From Desulfatiglandales bacterium (GTDB lineage: Bacteria; Desulfobacterota; DSM-4660; Desulfatiglandales; Desulfatiglandaceae): DNA of 64,000 nt. This document shows, piece by piece, positions 10,752 through 22,143 of this stretch. Made by a program: the position numbers and the translations under genes. The stretch's first letter is position 1. Each line of letters starts with the position of its first letter. The stretch lies in the NCBI GenBank assembly GCA_963662465.1, contig OY759599.1:256001-320000 (forward strand), written 5' to 3'. The notes under the pieces were generated by a model that saw nothing but the letters and a program-made list of their open reading frames with translations, did no database searches and was not told the origin of the DNA.

Positions 10752-12872
10752 TTACCCGATGAGTGTTTGAATAGTTTGAATCAGCGACTCCTGGTTAAAG
10801 CTTTTTTTCAGCAGAAATGCATCGGCGCCGGCCCGAAGGCCCTCTGCCCGTTCTTCTTCCCTTTCAAGGGACGTTACGATGATGATGGGAATGCGGGAGA
10901 ACCGCTTGTCTCTTTTGAGTGTTGCGGTCAGGGTGAAGCCATCCATCCGCGGCATTTGAACATCGGTGATGACCAGGTCAAAAGACATCTTCTCCAGTTT
11001 TTCGAGGGCCATGGCGCCGTCCTCGGCGGTTTCCACAAAAAAACCGGCTGCCTCCAGAATGCTTTTTTCCAGCAACCGTGTGGTCATCTGGTCTTCAACG
11101 AGCAATATCCGCTGCCGGGTATCAGAAGGGGCTTTTTGGACTCCCCGTTCAAGAAAAATGTTGCCTGCCTTGATTTGGGCCGCTGTAAACAGACGCGCTA
11201 CGTCGATGATCAGGGCGATGTCTCCCGTGCCCAGGATGCTGCTTCCGGAAAAAATGGGAAGCCTTCCCAGATGACTGCCCAGGTTCCGCATGACGATTTC
11301 TTCCACGCCCATGACCTCATCCACCTGAAAGGCGATTTTTTTTCCCCCATGTTTGAGGAGCAGAAACGATAATTTTTCGTCATATTTTTTCGCCGGCGGT
11401 TCAGGAAAGGACAGGGTGGCGTCCAGGCGTGTCCCGGGGATAATTTCCCCCTGCCAGTAGAGGGCTTCACGCCCCTTGATGGTTTGAATGGTTTCAGGCA
11501 TGACTCTCAAAATCTGAATGGCGGAGAAAACAGGCACGGCCAGAATATGGGTTGAACAACGGACCAGAAAAGCGCGCGTGGTGGCCAGGGTCAATGGGAG
11601 GGCGATGCGTACCCGGGTTCCCTGCCCCGGAACACTGGCGATTTCAACTGAGCCGTTGAGCTTTTCCACATTGGTTTTGACCACATCCATGCCGATGCCG
11701 CGACCCGACAGTTCAGTGACCATTTCAGCCGTACTGAAACCCGGCAGAAACAGCAGATCGAACACTTCGGCGTCCAGCATGTGTTTCGCTTCCTCATGGG
11801 TCAGGAATCCTTTTTCCAGCGCTTTTTTCTGAACGCGGTCTTTATCGATGCCCGGACCATCGTCAATGACCTCGATAATCACCTTGTCAATATCCTGAAA
11901 AGCGCGAAGGATGATTTTGCCTGTTTTATGCTTGTGGGCAGTTTCCCGCGCCTCCCTGGTTTCCATGCCGTGATCGATGGCGTTTCTCAGCAGGTGCAGC
12001 AGGGGATCACTCAATTTTTCAATGGCCCGTTTGTCGATTCGGGTTTCTTCTCCTTCAATGATGAGGTCAACGGCCTTGTTCCGTTGTCGGGCCAGGTCTC
12101 GGACGGATCGGGAGAAGGGGTGGAACAGCAGGGAAATGGGCAGCATTCGAATATCCATGACCAGTGCCTGGGTTTCATTCACAAGCCGGCTCAGGAATTG
12201 AAGGGATTCGTGAAACGCTTCGGAAAATTGTTCGATCGTTTCCCGGCCCTCTGTCTTCAGTTTTTCCAGGGAGCTTTGCATGCGGTTTCGGGTAATCACC
12301 AGTTCCACGGCGATGTTGAGAAGTTTGTCCACTTTTTCCGTGGGAACCCGCACCGAGTCGTAGGCGATTTTATTGGCGGTTGAGGCGCCGGCCTGCTTCT
12401 TGCCGACAGGGGATACCGGTGGGGCAAAACCGCTTTTGTCAGCGGGCATCAATGCGGCCATGGCATGGACAATGGGGGTTATGTCCACCGAACCGCCCGA
12501 TGAAGCGGTCAGTGTTTCCAGGATAGCGTTATTGGTGTCGTTGGCCTGGAAAAGGACATCAAAAACCTTTGGTTCGGCGCCCACGCGTCCCTCATGGATT
12601 TCCCGGATAAGGTCTTCCATGGTGTGGCAGAGGGATGCCATTTCGTCGATCCCAATGGTCATGGCGGCGCCTTTAAGGCTGTGCGCATTGCGCAAAATGC
12701 TTTTCATGGGTTCCGGATCGGATGTGCCCTTTTTTTCAAGCTGGAGCAGGCCCTGGTCAATGGCCCCAATATGGTCCCTGGCTGATCCAATGAAGCTGGG
12801 TAAAAATTCCCTGAGTTCGGGGGGTATGGGGGATTGGTTTTTCGGATCGGATTTTTCTTCCATGGGTTCCAT
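10752..12872 (-). CDS. cheA: Hybrid CheA kinase (HPt-dimerisation-HATPase-CheW-REC)
   Basis: AHSLKG, HLLRNAIDHG, DDGPG and SGRGIGMDVV motifs; C-terminal receiver TDVQMPRMDG. Confidence 0.95.
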   Translation of the reverse strand: MEPMEEKSDPKNQSPIPPELREFLPSFIGSARDHIGAIDQGLLQLEKKGTSDPEPMKSILRNAHSLKGAAMTIGIDEMASLCHTMEDLIREIHEGRVGAEPKVFDVLFQANDTNNAILETLTASSGGSVDITPIVHAMAALMPADKSGFAPPVSPVGKKQAGASTANKIAYDSVRVPTEKVDKLLNIAVELVITRNRMQSSLEKLKTEGRETIEQFSEAFHESLQFLSRLVNETQALVMDIRMLPISLLFHPFSRSVRDLARQRNKAVDLIIEGEETRIDKRAIEKLSDPLLHLLRNAIDHGMETREARETAHKHKTGKIILRAFQDIDKVIIEVIDDGPGIDKDRVQKKALEKGFLTHEEAKHMLDAEVFDLLFLPGFSTAEMVTELSGRGIGMDVVKTNVEKLNGSVEIASVPGQGTRVRIALPLTLATTRAFLVRCSTHILAVPVFSAIQILRVMPETIQTIKGREALYWQGEIIPGTRLDATLSFPEPPAKKYDEKLSFLLLKHGGKKIAFQVDEVMGVEEIVMRNLGSHLGRLPIFSGSSILGTGDIALIIDVARLFTAAQIKAGNIFLERGVQKAPSDTRQRILLVEDQMTTRLLEKSILEAAGFFVETAEDGAMALEKLEKMSFDLVITDVQMPRMDGFTLTATLKRDKRFSRIPIIIVTSLEREEERAEGLRAGADAFLLKKSFNQESLIQTIQTLIG

Positions 12873-12873
12873 A

Positions 12874-15105
12874 TCATGATTCCAGTTTGAATCCGGAGAT
12901 AATCTCTTTTAAATTTTCACTCATTTGCGTCAAGCTGTTGGCGGATTGAGTGCTTTCCCCGGCAGCAGCGGCCATCTGTCGGGCCACGTCCGACAACTCA
13001 TGCATGGTCAGCACGATCTGTTCACTGGCGCTTTTCTGCTGGCCGGTGGCCATGGAGACCTGTTTGGCCGAGTCCGTGGTTTGTTCAGCCATTGAGACAA
13101 TTTCCTTCATGGCTTTTTCGACCCGGGACAGTTTCAGGGCGCCTTCCTTGACCACCTTGACGTTCTCTTCGGAGGCCATCACCGATGCATTGGCCGCCGA
13201 CTGGATTTCCCTGGCCATGTCTTCAATGGCGCCCGTGGACTTTACCACATTTTCAGCCAGTTTGCGGATTTCAGAGGCCACAACGGTAAACCCCTTGCCC
13301 GCTTCACCCGCCTTACTCGCCTCGATGGCGGCGTTTAGCGACAACATTTTGGTTTCCGCGGCCACGTCATTGATGATGCGCAACACCTTTCCGATTTGTT
13401 GGGATTTTTCCCCCAGGCTCATGATCTTTTCAGCCCCATTTTCCGTATGGCGTTGGATGATCGCCATCAATTTAGCGGCTTCATCCATGGCTTCAGCGCT
13501 TTCCTCGGCATTTTGCTGGGTGGATTCGGCCATGCCGGCCTGGATATCGCTGTTTTCGGCGATTTGACCCGCCGTGGTCGACAGCTCTTCAATGCTGGCG
13601 GTGGTTTCTCCCACGCTCGCTGCCTGTTCGGAAGCCCCGGATGCCTGTTCCTCGGAGCCGGCAAGGATCTGGTTGCAGGCCGTGATGATTTTGAGAATGG
13701 CTTCTCTCACCTGAACAATGACTTTTGTGAGATTTTCCTGCATCCGGTTGAATGCCTGGCCCAGGTCCCCTTTAAATTCCACCTGTCCCGTCAGGTCTCC
13801 CTTGGCAATCTTATTGGCCTGTTGGGAGAGCTTGTTGAGTTCCTGCTGCATGCGAAAAAAGCTGTGGGACAAGGCGCCGATTTCATCTCCCGTAATGACA
13901 TCCACGGGGCAGGAGAGATTTCCGTCCGCAATTTTATCGGCAACCGCTTCCAGCTTTTTAAGAGGGGTCGAGGCGTTTTCCGCCAGGCGGTAACTCAGGT
14001 AAAAGGCGATGAGCAGGATGGCGAGACTGGAGATAAGGATGCTTCCCAAAAGGGATGTCATTTCATTTTTGAGGGCATGGAAGGGAATGACTTTGACCAG
14101 CAGCAGTTTTTTGTTTTCCAGCGGCAGAGCGTAATAGATCCTTTGTTCCGCATAGCTCTTATGGGTGGCGTATTGGCCTTGGGGATCGATTTTCTCCAGC
14201 AGGGTCAGAAAAATAGATTTTAGATTTTCCGCGTTTTGATGGTTCTGCAGTATTTCATTTTTTCCGGTGGGCGCATTGCCGTTTTTGTTTAGCAGAAAGA
14301 AATTCGAATCTGCTTTTTGGGAGGCGTTTTGAAGTATTCCGTCAAGCTCTTTTTCTCGTCCTTCGGCCCTTAAATTTTCGAGGATCGGTTTTAGCTGTAA
14401 AAGTTCATCGCGACTGCTTTCTCCCCGTAAGCCTTCCACCAGTCGATGAGAATGACTGAAGGTGACGCTGCCCTGAAATAGCACCGTGACCACCATGATG
14501 GACAAACACACCATTAGAATTTTATTAAACAGGCTCAGTACCCTGGGGGGCGCCGACATGCCGAATTTTTCAACCCAGCGCCCTAGATAAGGGGATAGAA
14601 TCCGCTCATTGTTAAAAAAACAACAAACGGCATAGATCATTGCGACCATGATGCCGATCGCCAGGGTTTCGATGGATTGTTCCCGGTCAAAATCGGCAAA
14701 AATGATCATCTGCACAATGCCGATGGCAAATCCCAGAAAAATGACCATCAACGTGGTCCAGGCAATTTTCAGGGGCAGGCGAAGCCCGCGGGTTACCACT
14801 TCGTTTAACGCGCTCTGCGTTTTGCGTATCTTTTCTTCAGCATCATCCCGAGTCAATTGCAGGGCGCCCACCCATCGCATGGGCAAGCCGATACAAATGA
14901 TCGCGAAAACCGGCGCTTCCCAGGCATAAACAATCAACAGGGTTTTCAACTGCGTCCACGTCATGACCAACGTCAGAAGGAGATAGGGTATGAACAGGAG
15001 TCCCACAACCGCGAGAAAAAATACGCCCTGGTGAAGACCGACTTTCTTCTGTAGATTATCCATGATCGTCTCTCCTGGATTCGGATGTTTCTTGAAATGA
15101 GGCAA
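12874..15105 (-). CDS. Methyl-accepting chemotaxis protein, multi-TM N-terminus, HAMP
   Basis: [30 protein letters not shown]; the real start is probably ~15063. Confidence 0.93.
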   Translation of the reverse strand: MPHFKKHPNPGETIMDNLQKKVGLHQGVFFLAVVGLLFIPYLLLTLVMTWTQLKTLLIVYAWEAPVFAIICIGLPMRWVGALQLTRDDAEEKIRKTQSALNEVVTRGLRLPLKIAWTTLMVIFLGFAIGIVQMIIFADFDREQSIETLAIGIMVAMIYAVCCFFNNERILSPYLGRWVEKFGMSAPPRVLSLFNKILMVCLSIMVVTVLFQGSVTFSHSHRLVEGLRGESSRDELLQLKPILENLRAEGREKELDGILQNASQKADSNFFLLNKNGNAPTGKNEILQNHQNAENLKSIFLTLLEKIDPQGQYATHKSYAEQRIYYALPLENKKLLLVKVIPFHALKNEMTSLLGSILISSLAILLIAFYLSYRLAENASTPLKKLEAVADKIADGNLSCPVDVITGDEIGALSHSFFRMQQELNKLSQQANKIAKGDLTGQVEFKGDLGQAFNRMQENLTKVIVQVREAILKIITACNQILAGSEEQASGASEQAASVGETTASIEELSTTAGQIAENSDIQAGMAESTQQNAEESAEAMDEAAKLMAIIQRHTENGAEKIMSLGEKSQQIGKVLRIINDVAAETKMLSLNAAIEASKAGEAGKGFTVVASEIRKLAENVVKSTGAIEDMAREIQSAANASVMASEENVKVVKEGALKLSRVEKAMKEIVSMAEQTTDSAKQVSMATGQQKSASEQIVLTMHELSDVARQMAAAAGESTQSANSLTQMSENLKEIISGFKLES

Positions 15106-17167
15106 TGAGATCCCCCAATTCCTGAGCCAATTGGTGAAGCCCCTGGACCGAAGTGGTGGTTTGGGTGGAAGCGGCTGCCATCTGCCGGGTCACTTCGGAT
15201 ATCTCCCGCATGGCCACTGCCGTCTGTTCGCTGGCTGTTTTTTGTTGTCCCGTTGTCATGGAGACCTCCTTTGCCGCATCTGTTGACTGTTCGGCAAGGT
15301 GAACGATTTCTCCCAGGGCGGTTTTTACCCGTTCCAGCTCTCGGACGCCGGTGGCCACGATTTTGACATTCTCCTCCGAAGCCATGACGGACATGTTTGC
15401 CGCCCCTTGAATTTCCTTTAGCATGTCTTCTATGGCGCCGGTTGACTTCACCACGTTTTCAGCCAGTTTGCGAATTTCCGCGGCCACCGCGGAAAACCCT
15501 TTGCCGGCCTCTCCGGCCCGGCTTGCTTCAATTGCGGCGTTTAAGGACAACATTTTGGTTTCCGCCGCGATGTCATTGATGATTCCCAATACTTTGCCTA
15601 TTTTCTGGGATTTTTCTCCCAGATCCATGATTTTCGCGGCGCTGATTTCAGTTCTTTGTCGAATATTCGACATGACGACTTCGGCTTCGGCCATGGCTTG
15701 CAGGCTGTTCTCGGCGTTCTCCATGGTGGATTCGGCCATGCCGGCCTGGGCTTCGCTGTTCTCAGCGATCTGTCGGGCCGTTGCGGACAATTCTTCCAGG
15801 GTGGCGGTTGTTTCACCGACGCTGGATGCCTGCTCGGCGGCGCCCGACGCCTGTTGTTCCGCGGCTGCCACAATTTCGTTGCTGGCTGAGTTGATTTGAC
15901 CGGCGGCCTGCTTCACCTGCAGGATAATCTTTTTAAGAGCGGTCTCCATTTGGAAAAAGCTGTATGCCAGCGCACCCACTTCATCGCCGCTGCCGGTAAC
16001 GGGGTAAAGGCCGAACTCACCCCTTCCAATACGTTTTGCGGCTTCGTTGAGATGCTTTAAGGGGTTTGAAACGCTGAATGCCAAACCGTAGCTCAGAAAA
16101 ATCGCCACAATGAGGATCAAGCCGGATACCAGAAGCGCCCGTTTAAGGAAAACCGCTTCCAGTTTTTCCAGTTTGCCCACGTCAATAACCCGGATCAGCA
16201 TTTGTTGGCCGTCTTCAAGGAGAACGGCACAAAAAGTCAGATTGTTGATGATGTCCTTGTGTATCGGCTTTTTTTTGAGCTTTTCAAAGAGTTCCCCCAA
16301 GGCTCTAGGGTTATTGGTCCCCGGAGGGAGCGCCGGTTTTCCGGAGATAATGGCGCCTTGACTGTTTAACAGAAAAAGAGAATCGTTTTTTTCTCCGTCT
16401 ATGTCGATACCATTGAGAAGGATTAATCCCTTGTGAATTTCCTCTTTTGAGAGGGAATTCTCATAAAGCAATGCTTTGATCCGGTCCAGTTCCTGGATGG
16501 CCCCTTTGCTCAATTCCGATTCAAGAAGTGCTACGGAGTGCATATAGCTGACGCTGACCTCAAAGAGTACCGCAACAAACATGATGCCGACACAAACACA
16601 CATGACTTTGCTGAAAATGGAAAACACGCCGGGTGGGGAGTTGATGCCGGACTGGTGAACCATTTTGCCCAGGTACGGTGCAATGGACCGTTCAATATTC
16701 AAAAACGTGACAATGGCATAAATCACGCCGATGATGACCCCGGCGATGAATGTCTGAATTGACTGAATCAAATCGAAGTGGGCAAAGAGGACCATTTGAA
16801 GAATGCCGCCGGCAAATGCGAAAATGATGATGGCCAGCGAGACAAGGGCAATTTTACGTGGAAATTGAAACGCCGTTGTAATGATCTGTTCCGGATGTAT
16901 GGATTTTGCTGATTGATTGAGAAAAGACGTTTTTTCGTCGATGGAGATGATACGCGCCCAGTGCATGGGTAGCCAGATGCATATGCCGCAAAATAAAATC
17001 CCTTCCCATGCATAAATGACCAGGATTCGGTTAAGTTGATCGGGCGTCATTTCAAGGGAAAAAAGGACATAGGGAACGCCCAGAACGCCCACCACCAAAA
17101 CAAAGTAAAGGAGCTGATTGAGACCGATTTTTTTTTGCAACGCATTCATTTGGAGTTTTCCTCCCAT
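15056..17167 (-). CDS. Methyl-accepting chemotaxis protein (paralogue of its neighbour)
   Basis: [30 protein letters not shown]; multi-TM N-terminus and HAMP. Confidence 0.93.
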   Translation of the reverse strand: MGGKLQMNALQKKIGLNQLLYFVLVVGVLGVPYVLFSLEMTPDQLNRILVIYAWEGILFCGICIWLPMHWARIISIDEKTSFLNQSAKSIHPEQIITTAFQFPRKIALVSLAIIIFAFAGGILQMVLFAHFDLIQSIQTFIAGVIIGVIYAIVTFLNIERSIAPYLGKMVHQSGINSPPGVFSIFSKVMCVCVGIMFVAVLFEVSVSYMHSVALLESELSKGAIQELDRIKALLYENSLSKEEIHKGLILLNGIDIDGEKNDSLFLLNSQGAIISGKPALPPGTNNPRALGELFEKLKKKPIHKDIINNLTFCAVLLEDGQQMLIRVIDVGKLEKLEAVFLKRALLVSGLILIVAIFLSYGLAFSVSNPLKHLNEAAKRIGRGEFGLYPVTGSGDEVGALAYSFFQMETALKKIILQVKQAAGQINSASNEIVAAAEQQASGAAEQASSVGETTATLEELSATARQIAENSEAQAGMAESTMENAENSLQAMAEAEVVMSNIRQRTEISAAKIMDLGEKSQKIGKVLGIINDIAAETKMLSLNAAIEASRAGEAGKGFSAVAAEIRKLAENVVKSTGAIEDMLKEIQGAANMSVMASEENVKIVATGVRELERVKTALGEIVHLAEQSTDAAKEVSMTTGQQKTASEQTAVAMREISEVTRQMAAASTQTTTSVQGLHQLAQELGDLIASFQETSESRRDDHG

Positions 17168-17186
17168 TCTATTTTAACAACCAATG

Positions 17187-17606
17187 TCATTTATCCCCTG
17201 TTTGTAACCGATCCGGATCCAGAAGGAACGCGATTTTTTCATCCAGCAGGGCCAGTCCCCACAAAAAAGAATGCGCTTTATGAAAATCAACCAAAGGCGG
17301 CAGTCTTTTGATTTGGGCTAGATTCAGGCTGACGATGCCTTCCACCGTATCCACTGAGATAACCGCCGGGCCGGATTCCCCGTTCACTTCCAGAAAGGCG
17401 GGTGAAAAATCCCCGTCATTGGGCGGCAGGTGAAAAATATCCCTGAGGCTAACCGGTTCCATGTCCGAATCCATTTGAAACATCTTTCCGATGCCGACGC
17501 GAACAACCTGTGTCGCCGGCGCCCCCAAAAGAAACGGCCCCACGCAAAAAAGGACGAAATCAAAAGTTTTGGGTCCCGGGCTTTGAATTTCAGTTGCAGG
17601 CGTCAT
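17187..17606 (-). CDS. CheW-like adaptor
   Basis: VDTVEGIVSL..IKRLPP..LWGLALLDEKIAFLLD CheW-like pattern; operon context. Confidence 0.7.
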   Translation of the reverse strand: MTPATEIQSPGPKTFDFVLFCVGPFLLGAPATQVVRVGIGKMFQMDSDMEPVSLRDIFHLPPNDGDFSPAFLEVNGESGPAVISVDTVEGIVSLNLAQIKRLPPLVDFHKAHSFLWGLALLDEKIAFLLDPDRLQTGDK

Positions 17607-17612
17607 GACGCG

Positions 17613-18563
17613 CTATTTTCCGTGAATATTCATTTTTTCAGAGGCCATGATTTTCCGGTAGTTGAGAATGACCACCAGGCTTTCATCCAGGCGTGCTTCG
17701 CCGTCAATAAAATCCACATATTCTTTTTCAAAGGTGATCATGGGGGGATCAATGGATTTCAGGGGGAGATCGATAATCTCGTCCACACTGTCAACGATAA
17801 AGCCCACATCAACCTCTTTCATGCTGGTGATCATGATGGATGCCTGGGATGGGGTTTCAGCCTGAATTCCCAACAGGGCCTTTAAATCCACCACTGAAAT
17901 GATTTCGCCGCGTGTGTTGATAATTCCCAGGATGTGCGGAGGAAGGGTCGGAACGGGGGTAACGGCCTTTGCCCGGCATATTTTTTTGATATAATCCATA
18001 TCAAAGGCATATTTTTCCTTTCCCAGTGTAAAGGTCATCAGATGACGAATGGCGGCTTCGGGATTATCCACGGGAACTGATTCAGCGGTTTTTGTCAAAG
18101 CGTCAAGTATGCGTGAGGATGTTTTTTCGTGGGTTTTAGGGTTGAGGCGGATATGCTTCAGGGCAATCTCAATTTTTTCAGAACGAATGGGCTTTTCCAT
18201 GACGTCGTCCATGCCGGCATCCAGGCATGCCTGCCGGGTTTCTTTTTCATCGTGGGCGGTCAGGGCGATAATGGGGATGGGCCGGGGATGATCAGCATGG
18301 GAGGAAGACGGAGAAAGGCTTTTCTCCCATTGTCGGATTTTTTTTGTGGCCTCAAGCCCGTTGATTCCGGGAAGTTCTATGTCCATCAACACCATTTGGT
18401 AGGGTTTCTTTTTGACGGCTTCCACCGCGGATTCGCCATCCAAAACGCTGTCAACCTGAACATTCTGTTTTTTAAGCAACATCTGCGCTACTTTGAGGTT
18501 GACGGGATTGTCGTCTACCAGAAGAATTGTCGGCGTATCCCTCAAGGTCGAGACTCCTTTCAA
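17613..18563 (-). CDS. REC-CheW fusion protein
   Basis: N-terminal ILLVDDN..LMDIELPGINGLEAT..ALTA..KP; C-terminal GIINTRGEIISVVDL..VDSVDEII. Confidence 0.85.
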   Translation of the reverse strand: MKGVSTLRDTPTILLVDDNPVNLKVAQMLLKKQNVQVDSVLDGESAVEAVKKKPYQMVLMDIELPGINGLEATKKIRQWEKSLSPSSSHADHPRPIPIIALTAHDEKETRQACLDAGMDDVMEKPIRSEKIEIALKHIRLNPKTHEKTSSRILDALTKTAESVPVDNPEAAIRHLMTFTLGKEKYAFDMDYIKKICRAKAVTPVPTLPPHILGIINTRGEIISVVDLKALLGIQAETPSQASIMITSMKEVDVGFIVDSVDEIIDLPLKSIDPPMITFEKEYVDFIDGEARLDESLVVILNYRKIMASEKMNIHGK

Positions 18564-18818
18564 TGGAACGTTATTTTTGGTTTATTCGTGACCTTTATGA
18601 AACAAGTACGTTGATAGATAGAGAAGAAAAATAGATAGATGTTAGACTATATTTTGGTTTAAGTCAAAGGGGATTGCGAACACCCAGCAATTCTAATTAT
18701 GGTTTTTGAGATAGGCTGCGGTTTGTTTTTTTCGTTGCCATTCACGGACGTCGCATTCCCCTTATTCCCATATTCTGCCCGGGGATAAGGGGAAAAACAT
18801 TAGGCGCTGGATGTTATT

Positions 18819-18909
18819 GTAGGGGCAGGTCCCTGTGCCTGCCCTGCTGATGCTGTCCAAGCACCGAAAGAAAGGACAAGCAGGGCAACCACGGGGGGAT
18901 TGCCCCTAC
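18819..18909. repeat. GTAG-type REP-like palindrome pair
   Basis: GTAGGGGCAGG..CCTGCCC ... GGGCAACCAC..TTGCCCCTAC. Confidence 0.6.
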
Positions 18910-19151
18910 GACGCGACATAAAACTGGATGTGTAACGAGATGTGTTTGTGGGCGCCGCTTTCAGCGCCACTAGAAATCGTGGTGGAATGCCGTATACCAG
19001 GTGTTCTGACTGTTTCATATCTGAATCATATAATACATTGATATTATTTATAATTATTTTTTTTATGGACATTTTTTTCATATAATGATAATAGATCCTG
19101 AACAAGAATACCTCATATTATTGGAAACAAACTGATAACCACATTCGAAAT

Positions 19152-20213
19152 TTGATGGATGAAGTTCCACCCTCCGAAGCATATCCGATGTTCCATTATG
19201 TATTTGATGGAATAAAGGGATCAAAACAACTAAATACATTTCGTTCCTACGGCAACAATTTGTTGTGCGCACTGGATGGAACTTATTCCTTTTCTTCCGA
19301 AAAGATCCATTGCGAAAATTGTAGCAGCAAAGAACATAAAAACGGAACCATAACCTATTTTTACTCGGCAATCACACCCGTACTTGTCGCTCCAGGTCAG
19401 AAAAAGGTTATTTCATTGCCCCCCGAGTTTGTAACGCCTCAGGATGGATACCAAAAACAGGACTGTGAAAATGTTGCCGCGAAACGTTGGATAAAGCAGT
19501 ATGCACCATTATACAAAGACCTTGGTATTATCATTTTGGGCGACGATCTGTATTGTCGGCAACCCATATGCACGTTGATATTGGATAAGGGCCTCCACTT
19601 CATCCTCGTTTGCAAACCTAACTCGCACAAAATACTCTATGAATGGGTCGAAGAGCTCCAAGCAATGAATGCCGTCGAAACGGTCGTGGAAAAGATACGG
19701 AGAGGTAATACTCATCATATACATACATACCGTTTCGTAAATAAGGTCCCTTTGCGTGATGGCGAAAAGGCTTTGGAAGTTAACTGGTGTGAACTGACCA
19801 TTACTTCCGCTGCGGGTAAGCGCTTATATAAAAACGCGTTTACAACCGATTTCACCATATCAAAAGACAATGTGAAACAAATCGTCGCCGATGGTCGGGC
19901 GCGCTGGAAAATTGAAAATGAAAACAATAACGTATTAAAAACAAAATGTTATCATCTTGAACACAATTTTGGCCATGGCAAAAAACATCTATCAAATTTC
20001 TTATTGACGTTAAATCTTCTGGCTTTTCTCTTCCATACTGCGTTGGAAATGTTTGACGACGTTTATAGGCGGATTCGAGAAGATTTGCCAACTCGAAAAA
20101 CCTTCTTCCAAGACATTCGAGCTTTAACTCGGTATGTCTGCTTCAATAGCTGGGAGGCAATGCTGACGTTCATGGCCCGGGGCCTCGATCTAGATCTCCC
20201 AGATACAAGCTAA
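19152..20213 (+). pseudogene. ISNCY-family transposase, 5'-truncated
   Basis: ALDGT..IHCENC, KQDCE..AKRW, LGDDLYC and RARWKIENENNNVLK..HNFGHG motifs. Confidence 0.8.
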
Positions 20214-20446
20214 AAATAACCTTCCCAGTGCAATACGTCGAAAAATTAGTACACCACCCAGGGAGTACTATGCCTTTTTCTGTGCCTAATTCCAATGCCA
20301 ATATTCTTTTTCTTTCGCCGGACCATAATGCTTCATTTCCCCGGATCGATACCAATGCCCGCATTCAAAAAATGAGGATATCCCAATCTAAAACCGGCGG
20401 ATAAGCTAGAAAACGGTTTAGGCTCCATTCAAATTTAGAATTGCTG

Positions 20447-21571
20447 TCAGCGCCTGTACGGATAACCGCCCCTTATGCCTTTTTTTGAAAACACAATTTG
20501 CCACAACTGATTCCTCCTTGACCTGAAACTGCCGGCGCATGAAAGAAGATAATAGGTCCACATACGATAAAACCGCTCATCATATGCATTTTTGAGTTTG
20601 ACCCAATTTTTTGTGAAATTGTGGTACCAGGCCATCAACGTTCTGTCATAGCATTGCCCGAAGCTATGCCAATCCTCGAGTACAAACAACCCTTCCGTTG
20701 CCGAGGTGATCTGTTTTGTGGACGGCAACATTGAATTCGGGAAAATATATTTATTAATCCAAGGGTCTGTTGAATTCGTGGAAGTGTTCCCCGCTATCGT
20801 GTGCAACAAAAAGAGGCCATTCTCTTTTAGACATCGATGGACAACTTCCATGAACGTCCTGTAGTTTTTTAATCCCACATGTTCAAACATGCCGATGGAA
20901 ACAATGCGATCGAATTTTTCCGTTAACGCCCTATAATCTTTCAGTTCGATTTTTATCTCAAGCCCTTGGCAGAAATTATTTACAAATTTCACCTGCTCCC
21001 GGGACACTGTTATGCCATGTACCCTAGCGCCATATTTTGCGGCTGCATATTTTGCAAAACCACCCCAGCCACACCCGATATCCAAAACCTTCATGCCCGA
21101 CTTTAATCCGATTTTTTGACAAATTAAGTCCAATTTAGCTTCCTGCGCTGTATCGAGCGTTTCGGCGTTTTTCCAGTAAGCACAAGAATAATTTAGCCCT
21201 TTATCCAGCATAATAGAAAAAAGATGATTACCGATGTCGTAATGCCGTTTGCCGACGATGTAGGCACTTGATCTGTTCTGAGTATTTATTACCTTTGCCT
21301 TCAGCATTATCCACAGCGATATTGCGGCATTTGTCTTTGATTTCTTGTCTAAGCGATTCTCCATGATTTTTTCAAAGAATTGATCAATGGCTTCACAATC
21401 CCACCAGCCATCCATGTAGCTTTCCCCCAGAGCAAGGGAACCTCCTGATAAAACCCTTCCGTAAAAATCGGGGTTGTGTATCCGGATATCCCAGGGTCTA
21501 TCCCCATTAATCTGAACATCAGAAGGGTTAAGCAATTTTTGAACAATCTTTTTCATTTTTGCCGCCTCCAT
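20447..21571 (-). CDS. cfa: Cyclopropane-fatty-acyl-phospholipid synthase
   Basis: LGESYMDGWW, HYDIGN, VLDIGCGWGG, SIGMFEHVG and WINKYIFP motifs. Confidence 0.95.
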   Translation of the reverse strand: MEAAKMKKIVQKLLNPSDVQINGDRPWDIRIHNPDFYGRVLSGGSLALGESYMDGWWDCEAIDQFFEKIMENRLDKKSKTNAAISLWIMLKAKVINTQNRSSAYIVGKRHYDIGNHLFSIMLDKGLNYSCAYWKNAETLDTAQEAKLDLICQKIGLKSGMKVLDIGCGWGGFAKYAAAKYGARVHGITVSREQVKFVNNFCQGLEIKIELKDYRALTEKFDRIVSIGMFEHVGLKNYRTFMEVVHRCLKENGLFLLHTIAGNTSTNSTDPWINKYIFPNSMLPSTKQITSATEGLFVLEDWHSFGQCYDRTLMAWYHNFTKNWVKLKNAYDERFYRMWTYYLLSCAGSFRSRRNQLWQIVFSKKGIRGGYPYRR

Positions 21572-21699
21572 GTAATTATCTTTTGTTCGATTATTGACTC
21601 TACGACATTATTTTACAGTCTAAGTAGAAAATACTTAAGAATCAAAGCTTTATTCCGTATTCATCAAGGGCCTTGAAAATTTTTGGTTTTAGATGGGTG

Positions 21700-21785
21700 T
21701 CAAAACGACAAGCGCACCAGCGCCTCCTCCGGGCCCCCGCCAAGACCGCAGAACTTTCAGGCGTCTGGTGCAGCCTTGGTTCGCC
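21700..21785 (-). other. Integron attC site (R' degenerate)
   Basis: Minus strand GGCGAAC-CAAG-GCTGCACC...GGTGCGC-TTGTC-GTTTTGA; closely similar to the sites at 33760 and 38148. Confidence 0.75.
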
Positions 21786-22143
21786 AACTCCGTCTTCATT
21801 TTTTGCAAGGATCTTTTCCATATCAATGAACATAACGGCTTTTTTGGAACTGAAAATTATTGGTTTCCGGTTTTGATATGTGGTTCGTATCTCAACATCT
21901 TCTTTGGTTGTGGTACGTAGCAGTTATACCCAACTTATGTAATCCAGAAAACTGTCACTTTCATGCATCTCTCAGTTCTCAGTTGCCCCCCCTTCCCGAT
22001 GATGGTATCACAACCATTCGGTTGCGAGAAATCGGTGATGATATCCATCGGCTGAAATTGTGGAATTGGCCTGGTGAGATGTGAAAAACAGTTTGAGCCA
22101 TAATTTCAGACCTCGTTATGCTAAAAAAAAATCAGTTCCAAAA

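Larger units (their letters stand above)
18685..20446 (+). mobile_element. ISNCY-like IS with an N-terminally deleted transposase
   Basis: TIRs CAGCAATTCTAA (18685) and TTAGAATTGCTG (ends 20446). Confidence 0.7.

Noticed and set aside
10659..15899. Long plus-strand ORFs antisense to the che genes
   Set aside because: Shadow ORFs of GC-rich coding sequence with no motifs.
20447..21571. cfa as an integron cassette
   Set aside because: It follows an attC, but no downstream attC is visible because an IS end abuts its stop codon; unsupported.
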